Positions 1-10,363 of a DNA stretch of 64,000 nucleotides are shown one piece after another. Origin of the DNA: an uncultured Anaerolineales bacterium (lineage in GTDB: Bacteria > Chloroflexota > Anaerolineae > CG2-30-64-16); assembly GCA_964614645.1 (NCBI GenBank), contig CAZTMA010000002.1:19119-83118 (forward strand), read 5' to 3'. Position 1 is the first letter of the stretch; each line of letters begins with the position of its first letter. A program made the position numbers and the translations under genes. The notes below the pieces were generated by a model that worked only from the letters and a program-made list of their open reading frames with translations, was not told the DNA's origin and searched no databases.

Positions 1-1195
<1,195 letters not shown>

Positions 1196-1206
1196 AGTGA
1201 CGGCCT

Positions 1207-3840
1207 ATGACCGACGTGTGGCCGCTCTGCGGTGAGATAGCGTGTCAGGGCCTTCCGGCCCTGGCCCGGCAGACCTTCCCTAACCTGCCGGGGCTGGCCT
1301 TCAATCTGGTGTTCTATGGCCTCACGGCCGCGCTGCTGTGGCTGAGCCTGGGAAGCCGCGCGGGGACGTTCGCCCGGCGCACGGGCATCCTCGTGACCGC
1401 AGGGCTCCTGGCCGGCTTGCTGATCGGGTTCCTCGCGCTGGCCCTCGCGCTGGCCGGGCGGTTCTCTCCCGCCGGCTTCTACGGCCTGTGGGCAGCCGCA
1501 CTTGGCCTGGGGCTGGTGCACGCGCGGCGGACGGGCCATTGGCGCAGCGCCATCCGCAGCTGGCAGGCTGCCGCGCCGCTGCCCCGGTGGTTATGGCTCC
1601 TTCTGCTGCTCTGGCTGCTCCTGTACACCCGTCCGTTTGAGCTGGTGGTCGGCGGCCGTGATCCGGGCATCTACGTCAACACGGCCGCGCAGATTGCCAC
1701 CGCAGGCCGGCTGGCGCTGCCCGACCCGTTCTTCGCCCGCCTCGGAGCGGAGGACCAGGCCCTGCTCACGTGGCAGCCGTCCTGGCTCGCGGATTTCGTG
1801 CCCCACAAGTGGCCCGGCTTCTTCTGGAATGCGGAGCGGGCCGAGATTACGCCGCAGTTCGTCTACTTCTATCCCGCGTTGATGGCCGCGAGCTATGGGG
1901 TGGCGGGCTATGGGGGCGCGCTGGCGGTGCTGCCTCTCATCAGCCTGTTGTTCGCGCTGGTGCTGGCCGAGCTGGCGGAACACATCTCGGCCGCGGCGCA
2001 CTGGGGCGCCAGGTGGAGCGCCCCGGCTGCGGCGCTGGGCCTGTTGCTCAATCCGGCGAGCTACTGGTTCGGGCGCTACGCCAACGCAGACCTGCTCTTT
2101 GGGCTGTGGGTCTGGGCTGCGCTGCTCTTCTGGGTGCGCACGGAGGCTGCGGATGCCGGCGATGCGCGGGGCCGGGCCTTCTCCTGGACGCTGGCCGTGT
2201 TGAGCTTCGGCGCGGCGCTGCTGACCAAGATCGATGGCTGGTATATTGCGCCGGCAGTCGTGGCCGCGCTGCTGGTCTACCATCCCGCACGCGGGACGCT
2301 CAGGTCGCGCGTGCCCTGGCTGGCATGGGCGCTGGTCGCCGCCTGCTATCTGGTCATGGTCGCGCGTTACAGCTACCCCTATGTGCTGGGCACCATCGTA
2401 GGCGAGGGCGTCGCGGTGCCGTTTGACGGCCGCCTGGCGGTTGCAGTGGCGGGCCTCTACCTGGCGGGGCTGACCGTCGCTGGCCTGCTGCCCACCTGGT
2501 TGAGCCCTGCGCGGCTCGATGCGCTGGGCCGCCGGCTGCACCTGTCGCTCCGCTGGCAGGCCGCTGCAGTGGCCGGCTTGTGCCTGGGGCTGGCGCTGTT
2601 CTTCGTCTGGTTGCTGCCGTCCAAAGTGCCGGTGACGCGGCCGCTGACGATCCTGAATGCCTATCTCGGCCCCGTGATGTTGCTGGCCGCGGCCGCGGGC
2701 ATCGGGCAGGCCATTGCGCGGCCGGACAAGGGTCGCACCGCGTGGGTCCTGCTCGCCGTGTTCTTCACCAGCGGCCTGTTCATCATCACCCGCACTTCCG
2801 GGAACGATCACCCCTGGGCCATCCGCCGGGCCGTCTCGGTGGCAATCCCTGCGCTGGTCCTGTTTGCGGCATGGGGGGTGGATGCCGTGCGCGGCGCGCT
2901 GGCGCGTGGACAGGGCACGGGTGCACCGGATCGCCCGGCCCACCGGATCGTGAGCGTTGCCCTGGTCGCGGCGCTGCTGCTGCCGTTGGCCTGGCGCGCC
3001 CTTCCGATTTTCCGGCACACGGAAGTGGCCGGGGCGCAGGCTGAACTGGAGACGCTCGAAACGGTCTTCCCGCCTGGCGCCGTCATCCTGTCCGACGGCT
3101 CGCGGCTGCTGAACCTGTTCGGCCCCGCGCTCAGCCGGAACGGCCGGGAGGTCCTGACCTACTATGGGGGGGAGGGCCGGCCGGCCTTCACCCCTGCGCT
3201 GCGCGAGCGGGTCGCTGCGCTGGCTGCCGCGGAAGGTCGCCCTTTCTACTTCCTCACCGAGCAGGATGCTCCGCCCGAATCCGAGACGCTGGTCTACGCG
3301 CGCGCGTGGTGGGAGGCGTGGCCGGAGGTTCGCCTCGTGAACCGGACGGCACCGCGGCCGCTGGCGGTCGAAACGACGGTGCTGCCGCTCCGGGTCTATC
3401 ATGCGCTGCCCGCTGCACAGGCGATGACTGCAGCGGGCGCGGTTGTCGGGCGGTATGAGGCCGAGGCCCTGCCGGGCGAGATTGGCGGGCGGAGCCGTGA
3501 TGCCGCAGCCGGCAACGGGTGGGCGCGCACGGCGGATGAGGCGAGGGGCGGCGGGACGTTGGTCTACGGCCCGTATGAGCCGCTGGCCGCGGGCCGCTAT
3601 GAAGCGCATTTCCGGCTGCGCTATACCGGCGCGGACGGCACACCCCCGCGGCTGGCCGTGCAGGCCGCGGCCGCGGGCCGGCTGGCCGCGCAGGATGCCC
3701 CGCCTGCCGCCGGTTACACAGACGTGACCCTGCCGTTCGCGCTGGAGGCGGCTGATACGGTAGAATTCACGGTGATGTACCAGGGGGAGGGCGAAATCTG
3801 GGTGGATCGGGTTGAGGTGGTCGATGTGGACGGGGAGTGA
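1207..3840 (+). CDS. Polytopic membrane glycosyltransferase-like protein (GT-C fold, ArnT/PMT-like) with soluble C-terminal beta-rich domain
   Basis: 877-aa ORF with numerous hydrophobic helices through about aa 600. An early loop (YTRPFELVVGGRDPGIYVN) resembles GT-C enzymes. Soluble tail reads ...GPYEPLAAGRYEAHFRLRY...VEFTVMYQGEGEIWVDRVEVV. Embedded between the wzt-like gene and four GT4 genes. Confidence 0.6.
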   Translation: MTDVWPLCGEIACQGLPALARQTFPNLPGLAFNLVFYGLTAALLWLSLGSRAGTFARRTGILVTAGLLAGLLIGFLALALALAGRFSPAGFYGLWAAALGLGLVHARRTGHWRSAIRSWQAAAPLPRWLWLLLLLWLLLYTRPFELVVGGRDPGIYVNTAAQIATAGRLALPDPFFARLGAEDQALLTWQPSWLADFVPHKWPGFFWNAERAEITPQFVYFYPALMAASYGVAGYGGALAVLPLISLLFALVLAELAEHISAAAHWGARWSAPAAALGLLLNPASYWFGRYANADLLFGLWVWAALLFWVRTEAADAGDARGRAFSWTLAVLSFGAALLTKIDGWYIAPAVVAALLVYHPARGTLRSRVPWLAWALVAACYLVMVARYSYPYVLGTIVGEGVAVPFDGRLAVAVAGLYLAGLTVAGLLPTWLSPARLDALGRRLHLSLRWQAAAVAGLCLGLALFFVWLLPSKVPVTRPLTILNAYLGPVMLLAAAAGIGQAIARPDKGRTAWVLLAVFFTSGLFIITRTSGNDHPWAIRRAVSVAIPALVLFAAWGVDAVRGALARGQGTGAPDRPAHRIVSVALVAALLLPLAWRALPIFRHTEVAGAQAELETLETVFPPGAVILSDGSRLLNLFGPALSRNGREVLTYYGGEGRPAFTPALRERVAALAAAEGRPFYFLTEQDAPPESETLVYARAWWEAWPEVRLVNRTAPRPLAVETTVLPLRVYHALPAAQAMTAAGAVVGRYEAEALPGEIGGRSRDAAAGNGWARTADEARGGGTLVYGPYEPLAAGRYEAHFRLRYTGADGTPPRLAVQAAAAGRLAAQDAPPAAGYTDVTLPFALEAADTVEFTVMYQGEGEIWVDRVEVVDVDGE

Positions 3841-5140
3841 ACCGCCGGAGCATGCGGCGCGGCCATCGCGCCCGCTGCGCGTGCTCATGGTTACGAACTT
3901 CTTCCTGCCGCGTCACCTGGGCGGCGCAGAACTCTCGGCGTATAATTCTGCGGCGGGCTTGCTGGCCGCGGGGCACGCAGTGCGCGTCCTGAGCATCAAC
4001 GCGCGCGCCGGTGAGACGTCCGACCTGCACTCCGATGTCAACGGCGTGGACGTCCACGAGGTCAACCTGGTGCGCCGCTGGAAGAACCGCGTGCAGCAGA
4101 CCTACGACCGTGAGATTGCGGGCTATGTGGCGCGCGAGATCGCGGACTTCCGGCCGGATGTGATTCACACGCACAACCTGTCGGGCACGAGCCTCGCGCC
4201 GTTCGTCGTGGCCCGCAAGCTGGGCGTGCCGCTCGTCGCGACGCTCCACGATCTCTGGTTGTTGTGCGCCAACAACATGCTGCTGCGCCGCGATTACAGC
4301 CTGTGCTCGCCTGCGGAGGCGCCGTGCGGCCGCTGCTTCCGCCAATACGACTATTGGGCCCCGCTGCCCGCGCGGCGCGAGGTGTTCCGCCGGCTGGCAG
4401 CGTCCGTCCACACCTTCATCAGCCCCAGCCGCAAGCTGATCGACCTGCACGTCGAGGGCGGTTACGAGCGTGAGCGCTTCGTGGTCGTGCGCCACGGCCT
4501 GCACCGGCTGGAGCGGCCGCCCGCAGGTGCACCGCCGGCCATCGGCCCGCACCATCTCGGCGCGCCCAGCGTGGTCTTTGTCGGCGCAGTCGCGGTGAGC
4601 AAGGGCGTGGAAGTGCTGGCGCGGGCTTTTCCGCTGGCCGCGGCGCGGCTGCCTGAACTCCGGCTGTTGATTGCAGGCCGCGGCCCCGCGGAGCTGGAGA
4701 ACAAGTTGCGCAGCCTGGGCGACCGGGTCGTGATGCTGGGCCAGGTCCCCCGGACGCACATCGTGGAGGCTTATGCGGGCGCAGGGCTGACGGTCATGCC
4801 GTCCACCATCCACGAGAACTCGCCGCTGACCGTCTGCGAGAGCCTGATGGCAGGTACGCCGGTGGTCGGCGCGCGCATCGGCGGCATTCCCGAGCTGATC
4901 GTCGAGGGCGAGACGGGCTACCTGTATGACCCGCAGGACGCGGCGGCGCTGGCGGGTGCCATCGTTGCGCACTTCGAGCGTTCGCCGCAGGAGCGCCGCG
5001 CGATGCGCCGGGCCTGCATGGCATACGGCGAGCGGGAGTTCTGCGTACCTGCGCACGTTGCCCGGCTCGAAGCCGTCTACTGTGCTGCACTGGCGGGCGA
5101 ACCCAGGCTGGACTATCGCGCGTCCAACGAGGAACGATGA
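3824..5140 (+). CDS. Glycosyltransferase family 4 (GT-B, retaining)
   Basis: N-terminus RVLMVTNFFLPRHLGGAELSAYN. E-x7-E region ENSPLTVCESLMAGTPVVGARIGGIPELI. ATG at 3824 preceded by GAGGTGG. Overlaps the upstream stop. Confidence 0.85.
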   Translation: MWTGSEPPEHAARPSRPLRVLMVTNFFLPRHLGGAELSAYNSAAGLLAAGHAVRVLSINARAGETSDLHSDVNGVDVHEVNLVRRWKNRVQQTYDREIAGYVAREIADFRPDVIHTHNLSGTSLAPFVVARKLGVPLVATLHDLWLLCANNMLLRRDYSLCSPAEAPCGRCFRQYDYWAPLPARREVFRRLAASVHTFISPSRKLIDLHVEGGYERERFVVVRHGLHRLERPPAGAPPAIGPHHLGAPSVVFVGAVAVSKGVEVLARAFPLAAARLPELRLLIAGRGPAELENKLRSLGDRVVMLGQVPRTHIVEAYAGAGLTVMPSTIHENSPLTVCESLMAGTPVVGARIGGIPELIVEGETGYLYDPQDAAALAGAIVAHFERSPQERRAMRRACMAYGEREFCVPAHVARLEAVYCAALAGEPRLDYRASNEER

Positions 5141-6375
5141 AGCTGCTGCATGTCACTCACCAGTACCGGCCTGCCATCGGCGGGGCCGAGGAATACATGG
5201 CTCTCGTCTCCGAGGCGCTGGCCGCGCGCGGCCACCGGGTCTCGGTCTACACGGCCAACTCGACCGACTACGAGAGCTGGACGGGTGACCTGCCCCCGCG
5301 CGAGACGATTGCCGGGGTGGATGTGCAGCGATTCCGTGCGATCCCGCGCCGCAAGCTCACCTGGCAGGTGCTGCGCTACGGGCTGTGGCGCTATCTGGAA
5401 CAGCCCAAGCGCCGCTATGAGCCGCTGATTCTCGTCGGCAACGGCCCGACCTGCCCCGGCATGTTCGCCGCGATCGCCACGCGCGGCCGCAGCTACGACT
5501 TGGTGCACCTGAACAGCCTGCACTACGCACATTCCGCCTACGGGTATGTTGCCGCGCGGCTGGCCGGCCGCAGCGTGGTTGTCACCCCGCACGTGCACGT
5601 GGAGCAGCGCGAGACCTGGGATGTCGGCTACCTGCGCACCATCCTGGCCCGCGCGGACCTCATCTTTGCGGACACCGAATACGAGCGCCAGTTTCACATC
5701 CGGCAGGGCCGGGACCCGGAGCGGGTCGTGACCGGCGGGGTCGGGCTGCGCACCGGGGAATACACCTTCATGGACCAGGCCGTCTCCCGGCAGCGCCTGG
5801 GCATCCCGGCCGATGCGCAGGTGGTCCTGTGCCTGGGCCGCCAGGTGGACTATAAGGGGCTGGACAAGGTGCTGGCCGCGGTCGCCGGCCTGCAGCACGA
5901 TTTCCCGCGCACCGTCTGCCTCATCGCCGGGCCGGAGAGCGAGTGGAGCCAGGGCATCATGGCGCAGTATGCGGGCGCATCCTGGATTCGCAACCTGGGC
6001 CAGGTCGAGCCGGACGTCAAGCTCGCGGCCCTGTCTGCCGCAGACGTGATGGCGATGCCCTCCCACGGTGAGGCATTCGGCGTCACCTACCTGGAAAGCT
6101 GGCTGGCCGGCCGGCCCGTCATCGGGCTGGCCAAGGGCGCGGTGCAGGCCCTCATCGCCGACGGCCAGGATGGCTTCCTCGTCCCGCCGGGCGACGACGC
6201 CGCGCTCGCCCAGGCCGTGCGCTGGTACCTGGAACACGGAGAGCGCGTTGCCGAGATGGGCGCGGCCGGCCGGCAGAAGGTGCTGGAGCAGTACACGTTA
6301 GACCGGATCGTGGATCGCATCGAAGGCGCGTGTCTGCGGCTGGTCGAAAGCAAGAGGGGACGCCATGCGCGTTAG
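5137..6375 (+). CDS. Glycosyltransferase family 4
   Basis: MKLLHVTHQYRPAIGGAEEY N-terminus. E-x7-E region GEAFGVTYLESWLAGRPVIG. ATGA overlap with the upstream gene. Confidence 0.85.
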   Translation: MKLLHVTHQYRPAIGGAEEYMALVSEALAARGHRVSVYTANSTDYESWTGDLPPRETIAGVDVQRFRAIPRRKLTWQVLRYGLWRYLEQPKRRYEPLILVGNGPTCPGMFAAIATRGRSYDLVHLNSLHYAHSAYGYVAARLAGRSVVVTPHVHVEQRETWDVGYLRTILARADLIFADTEYERQFHIRQGRDPERVVTGGVGLRTGEYTFMDQAVSRQRLGIPADAQVVLCLGRQVDYKGLDKVLAAVAGLQHDFPRTVCLIAGPESEWSQGIMAQYAGASWIRNLGQVEPDVKLAALSAADVMAMPSHGEAFGVTYLESWLAGRPVIGLAKGAVQALIADGQDGFLVPPGDDAALAQAVRWYLEHGERVAEMGAAGRQKVLEQYTLDRIVDRIEGACLRLVESKRGRHAR

Positions 6376-8779
6376 CCTGCTGAATCTGAACCTCGTCGCC
6401 AAGGACGCGATCGGACGCTCCATCATGGCGCAGGCGCGCTTCTTCCAGCGCCGCGGGGATATCGTGCAGATATTCGTCGAACAGCCGCCGGAGGATGTGC
6501 CCGCGGATATCGCGCGGCTGTGCCGCGTCGTCACGCCCGCTGCACTCCGCCGCGACCCGGAGGGTCGATTCGCGGCGACCGACCTCTACATCTACCACTA
6601 CGGCGGCCGCCACGGCCTGATGGATTCCATCTCCACCATCGACGGGGGCGTGGTCTGCTTCTACTACCACAACGTGACGCCGCCGGACCTCTGGAACTGG
6701 GAAGAAGATAAGGTCGCGCTGCGCCGGGGCATCGCAGGCGTCCGGCTGGCCGCGCAGGCCGATTTCGTGATCGGAGACAGCGAGTACAACCTGCGCCAGC
6801 TTGCGCATATCAGCGGCGTCTCCGAAGACCGGCTCCATGCCGTGCCGCTGCCCGTAGATATCTCGGCCTTCCATCCCGGCCCGCCGCCGGCTGACCTCCG
6901 CCGGCATCACAAGCTGGGCGACGCGCCGGTGCTGCTGTACGTCGGCCGCATGGCGCCGAACAAGCGCGTGGACCTCCTGGTGGACCTCCTGGCCGCAGTG
7001 CACCGGCACCCGCAACACCCGCACCCCGGCGCGCGGCTGCTGCTGGTGGGCGACTATGACAGCGCACCGGCCTACCGGCTGGTGACGGAGCAGGTGCAGG
7101 CGCGGGCCCGCGCGCTCGGCGTGACATCGGCGGTCGTCTTCACGGGCCGGGTCGACCCGGCAGCCTACTACCGGCTCGGCTCGGTCTACGTGACGACGAG
7201 CCAGCACGAGGGCTTCTGCCTGCCGCTCATCGAGGCGATGGCGAGCGGCGTGCCGGTTGTGGCGTCTGCCGGCGCAGCCATCCCCGACACCGTAGGCGAT
7301 GCCGGCATCCTGGTCGCACCGCGCACTGAAGAAGTGGTCTCGGCAGACGGCGCCTCCTGGGCCGGTGAGCCGGACGTGCCCGCGATGGCGGATGCGGTAG
7401 CCGCGCTGCTGGACGATCCGGCCCGCGCCGCAGAGCTGCGTGCGGCCGGCCTGGCGCGGGCTGCCTCCTACACGCTGAAACGCTACGAGGAGAGCTTTGG
7501 CGCCGTCATCGACCGGTATTGCGTCAACCTGCCCCTGCGCGTGCAGCCGGTCCCGCGCGCCCTGCTGGCCGAGGCGGCCCCGGAACCGGCGGATGCGCCC
7601 GTGTCGCCGGCTGTCACCTCCGTCGAGGCGGAGGATGATGGCAGCGCCTATTGGCCCGATCTGGCGGCTGATGCCGGCGTCACGATGCCGGAGTATACCG
7701 TCCGCAGCAAGCTGCCGGTCGTCGGTGGGCTGATTGTGTGGGTTCGGCGCAACCTGACCAGCCACCTCAAAGAGCCGTATGTGGATCCCATCTTCCAGCG
7801 GCAGCAGGCCTTCAACCTGCGCGCGGCCTGGGTGATCGAGGAACTGACGCGGCGGCTGGACGAAAGCAACGGACGCATCGCGGGCCTGGTTGCCCGCATG
7901 GAGCACCTGCAGCAGCTGATCGCGGACAATAGCGCAGCCGTCGAGGCGGCCCAGGCGCGCGACGAACAGCTTGACCTCGCGCTGCGGCGGCTGGAGAGCA
8001 CCGTGGCCCGGCTGGAAGCCCGCCTGGCAGACACTCCCGGCACGTCCGTCAGTACAAGCGAATCGCCCGCCGGCGACCTGGACGCGCTGCCGCAGGCGCA
8101 TTACGGCATCAACTACCTGCGCTGCAACCAGGCGGTCGGCGGCAGCATGGCGGACGAGATGGCGCTGTACCGGCCCTTCGTCTCGCTGTTTGAGGGTGCT
8201 GACGGGCCGGTGTTGGACCTGGGGTGCGGCCAGGGCGCATTCCTGCGCGTGCTCGGCCAGGCCGGCCTGGCGGGCTACGGCGTGGATGTCGACCCGGATA
8301 TGGTCGATGTGTGCCGCGGCGCAGGACTGGCCGCTGAGGTGGGCGACGTCTTCGACGCGCTGCACCGGGCCGCGGACGCCAGCCTGGGCGGCATCTTCTC
8401 TGCCCACGTGATCGAGCATCTGCCCCGCGTGCGACTGTCCGAGCTGGCCGCGCTGTGTTGGCAGAAGCTCCGGCCGGGGGCTGCGCTCGTATGGATTACG
8501 CCGCACGGCGGCGCGCTGTCGCCCCTGCACGCTACGTTCTACAAGGACCTGACGCACACGCGGCCGCTGCACCCCGACCTGTTGCGCTTCCTGCTGGAGA
8601 CGAACGGCTTCCGCGAGGTGGCGACGCACTCGCTATCCGATATGCCGGAGGAGCTGAAGCTGGCGCTGCTGCCGGGCGACGAGGATGACCCGACCGCGGC
8701 CCTGCTCAATCGCAACCTCACCCGGCTCAACGAGCTGATCTTCGGCCACGTGGATTGCGCGGTCGTCGGGAGGCGCTGA
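6365..8779 (+). CDS. Tripartite protein: GT4 glycosyltransferase, then amphipathic motif plus coiled coil, then class I SAM-dependent methyltransferase
   Basis: GT4 core (LLYVGRMAPNKRVDLL..., HEGFCLPLIEAMASGVPVV). Heptad-like region ELTRRLDESNGRIAGLVARMEHLQQLIADNSAAVEAAQARDEQLDLALRRLESTVARLEARL. Methyltransferase motif I VLDLGCGQGAFL and downstream GGIFSAHVIEHL. Confidence 0.85.
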   Translation: MRVSLLNLNLVAKDAIGRSIMAQARFFQRRGDIVQIFVEQPPEDVPADIARLCRVVTPAALRRDPEGRFAATDLYIYHYGGRHGLMDSISTIDGGVVCFYYHNVTPPDLWNWEEDKVALRRGIAGVRLAAQADFVIGDSEYNLRQLAHISGVSEDRLHAVPLPVDISAFHPGPPPADLRRHHKLGDAPVLLYVGRMAPNKRVDLLVDLLAAVHRHPQHPHPGARLLLVGDYDSAPAYRLVTEQVQARARALGVTSAVVFTGRVDPAAYYRLGSVYVTTSQHEGFCLPLIEAMASGVPVVASAGAAIPDTVGDAGILVAPRTEEVVSADGASWAGEPDVPAMADAVAALLDDPARAAELRAAGLARAASYTLKRYEESFGAVIDRYCVNLPLRVQPVPRALLAEAAPEPADAPVSPAVTSVEAEDDGSAYWPDLAADAGVTMPEYTVRSKLPVVGGLIVWVRRNLTSHLKEPYVDPIFQRQQAFNLRAAWVIEELTRRLDESNGRIAGLVARMEHLQQLIADNSAAVEAAQARDEQLDLALRRLESTVARLEARLADTPGTSVSTSESPAGDLDALPQAHYGINYLRCNQAVGGSMADEMALYRPFVSLFEGADGPVLDLGCGQGAFLRVLGQAGLAGYGVDVDPDMVDVCRGAGLAAEVGDVFDALHRAADASLGGIFSAHVIEHLPRVRLSELAALCWQKLRPGAALVWITPHGGALSPLHATFYKDLTHTRPLHPDLLRFLLETNGFREVATHSLSDMPEELKLALLPGDEDDPTAALLNRNLTRLNELIFGHVDCAVVGRR

Positions 8780-10182
8780 TGCCCCGCGCGCGTGTGCTGG
8801 CTGAAGGCTGGGATGTCCGGTCGGCCCTGGGGCTGCACACGGAGGCGCTGGCCCGCGTGCTCGACGGTTTGGGCTGGGAGGTCAGCGTGGCCTTGCAGAA
8901 CCCGCGCGGCGTGCCCGCCGCGTGGCGCAGCCGTCTGGCACGCACACCCGGCCCGGCCGAGCTGACCATCCTGCAATATCCCATCTGGTTCCCGCTGGCC
9001 GAAACCCTGCATGAGGCAAGCGGTGCGACGCTCTTCTGGTACCACGGCGTCACCCCACCCGAGATGTGGAGCAGTGCAGAGGATCGCGACCTGCTGGTGC
9101 GCTCCGTGGCAGGCACGGAGTTGGCCTGGCACGCCCACCTGGCAGTCTGCGACAGTCCATACATCGCCGGCGAGCTCCGGCGCTACACCGGCTATCCAGG
9201 GGAGCGCGTGCGCATCGTGCCTCTGGGCGTGGATGGGGCGCGGTTCGCGGCTGCGCCGCCCGCGGCTGAGCTGGAGCGGCTGCGCAGCCGGTGGCATCTC
9301 ACCGGCCGCCGGGTGCTCCTCTATGTCGGGCGCATCGCGGGCAACAAGCGCGTGGACCTGCTGATTGAAGCGCTCGCGAGGCTGGCCGGCCCCCATCCCG
9401 ACCTGCACCTGCTGGTGGTCGGCGACACGAGCAGCCTGCCCGCCTACCGTGACCTCACCGCGCAGCTGCAGCGCCTGGCCGCAGACCGCGGGGTAGCAGA
9501 CCGCGTCACGTTCGCGGGCCGCGTCGACGACCTGTGGCCGGTCTATCACCTGGCCGGCGCGTTGGTGACGGCCTCGCAGCACGAAGGGTTCGGCGTCCCC
9601 CTGGTCGAAGCCATGGCCGCGGGCGTGCCCGTGGTAGCGAGCGCGAGCGCCGCGCTGCCGTGGGTGCTGGGTGCGCCGGACGAGCCGGCCGGGCTGCTGT
9701 TCCCGCCCGGTGATGCCGCCGCGCTGGCGGAGTGCGTCGCGCAGGTGCTGGATGACGGCGAGTTGCGCCGGGTGCTGGTCGAGCGGGGCCGCGCCCGGGC
9801 GCAGGATTTCAGTCTCGCTGCCTTCAGCGCCAACACGGCGCGCGTGCTGGCCGAAGTCGTGGAGTTCGGCCGGGAAACAGCGCGGCCGGTCTCGCCCGTC
9901 ACGCACAGCCCGCTGTACCGGCAGGCGGATGTCGCGCTGCGCGACTACCGCGTGCGTTCCGGCCTGCCCATCATCGGGCCGCTGGTTGCCTGGTTGCGGC
10001 GCAACAGCACATCGCACGTCAAAGAGGCCTACCTGGACCGCATCGTGGAGCAGCAGGTGCTGTTCAACCGGCAACTGGTCGCAGAGATTGAGCGGCTCAA
10101 CACGCGGCTGCAGCGGCTGGAGGGTGCGCCGTCCCCCGGCCCGGCAGACGACGCACCCCCGGCCATAGCGGATGAAGATTGA
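8779..10182 (+). CDS. Glycosyltransferase family 4 with C-terminal amphipathic motif and short coiled coil
   Basis: ATG 8779 preceded by GGGAGG and overlapping the upstream TGA. LLYVGRIAGNKRVDLL, HEGFGVPLVEAMAAGVPVV. C-terminal YRVRSGLPIIGPLVAWLRRNSTSHVKEAYLDRIVEQQVLFNRQLVAEIERLNTRLQRLE is paralogous to the linker of the preceding gene. Confidence 0.85.
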   Translation: MPRARVLAEGWDVRSALGLHTEALARVLDGLGWEVSVALQNPRGVPAAWRSRLARTPGPAELTILQYPIWFPLAETLHEASGATLFWYHGVTPPEMWSSAEDRDLLVRSVAGTELAWHAHLAVCDSPYIAGELRRYTGYPGERVRIVPLGVDGARFAAAPPAAELERLRSRWHLTGRRVLLYVGRIAGNKRVDLLIEALARLAGPHPDLHLLVVGDTSSLPAYRDLTAQLQRLAADRGVADRVTFAGRVDDLWPVYHLAGALVTASQHEGFGVPLVEAMAAGVPVVASASAALPWVLGAPDEPAGLLFPPGDAAALAECVAQVLDDGELRRVLVERGRARAQDFSLAAFSANTARVLAEVVEFGRETARPVSPVTHSPLYRQADVALRDYRVRSGLPIIGPLVAWLRRNSTSHVKEAYLDRIVEQQVLFNRQLVAEIERLNTRLQRLEGAPSPGPADDAPPAIADED

Positions 10183-10201
10183 GAATGTGACCTTCCCATC
10201 T

Positions 10202-10259
10202 CGCGGAGTCCGCATTTGAGAATGCGGACTCCGCGAGATGAGAATGCGGACTCCGCATT
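10202..10259. repeat. Three copies of a near-palindromic 11-16-mer (AATGCGGA[C/G]TCCGCATT) spaced 21 and 22 bp apart
   Basis: gcggagtccgc at 10203-10213, gcggactccgc at 10224-10234 and at 10246-10256. The direct repeat tgagaatgcggactccgc occurs twice. The last copy is followed by tttt. Confidence 0.8.
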
Positions 10260-10279
10260 TTGAATACAACCTGAGAGCA

Positions 10280-10321
10280 AGGCCCCAGGGTCGTCGGGTG
10301 ACGATCCTGGGGCCTCATTTT
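10280..10321 (+). terminator. Rho-independent terminator-like hairpin after the glycan cluster
   Basis: aggccccagggtcgt-cgggtg-acgatcctggggcct followed by cattttg. Lies in the convergent intergenic gap. Confidence 0.6.
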
Positions 10322-10363
10322 GCAGACGGGCGTTGATGGGGTGCAGGTGTGGAGCGGGTGGAA

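Noticed and set aside
1591-3888. Very long antisense or alternative-frame ORFs throughout the window. Examples: 1591-3888 (-), 6152-8629 (-), 10349-11584 (+), 19982-21421 (+), 29835-31508 (+), 45447-48014 (+), 54133-55911 (+).
   Set aside because: Their translations are Arg/Ala/Gly/Pro-rich low-complexity strings with no recognisable motifs. Each lies opposite or out of frame to a gene with clear family signatures. Open alternative frames are expected in DNA this GC-rich.
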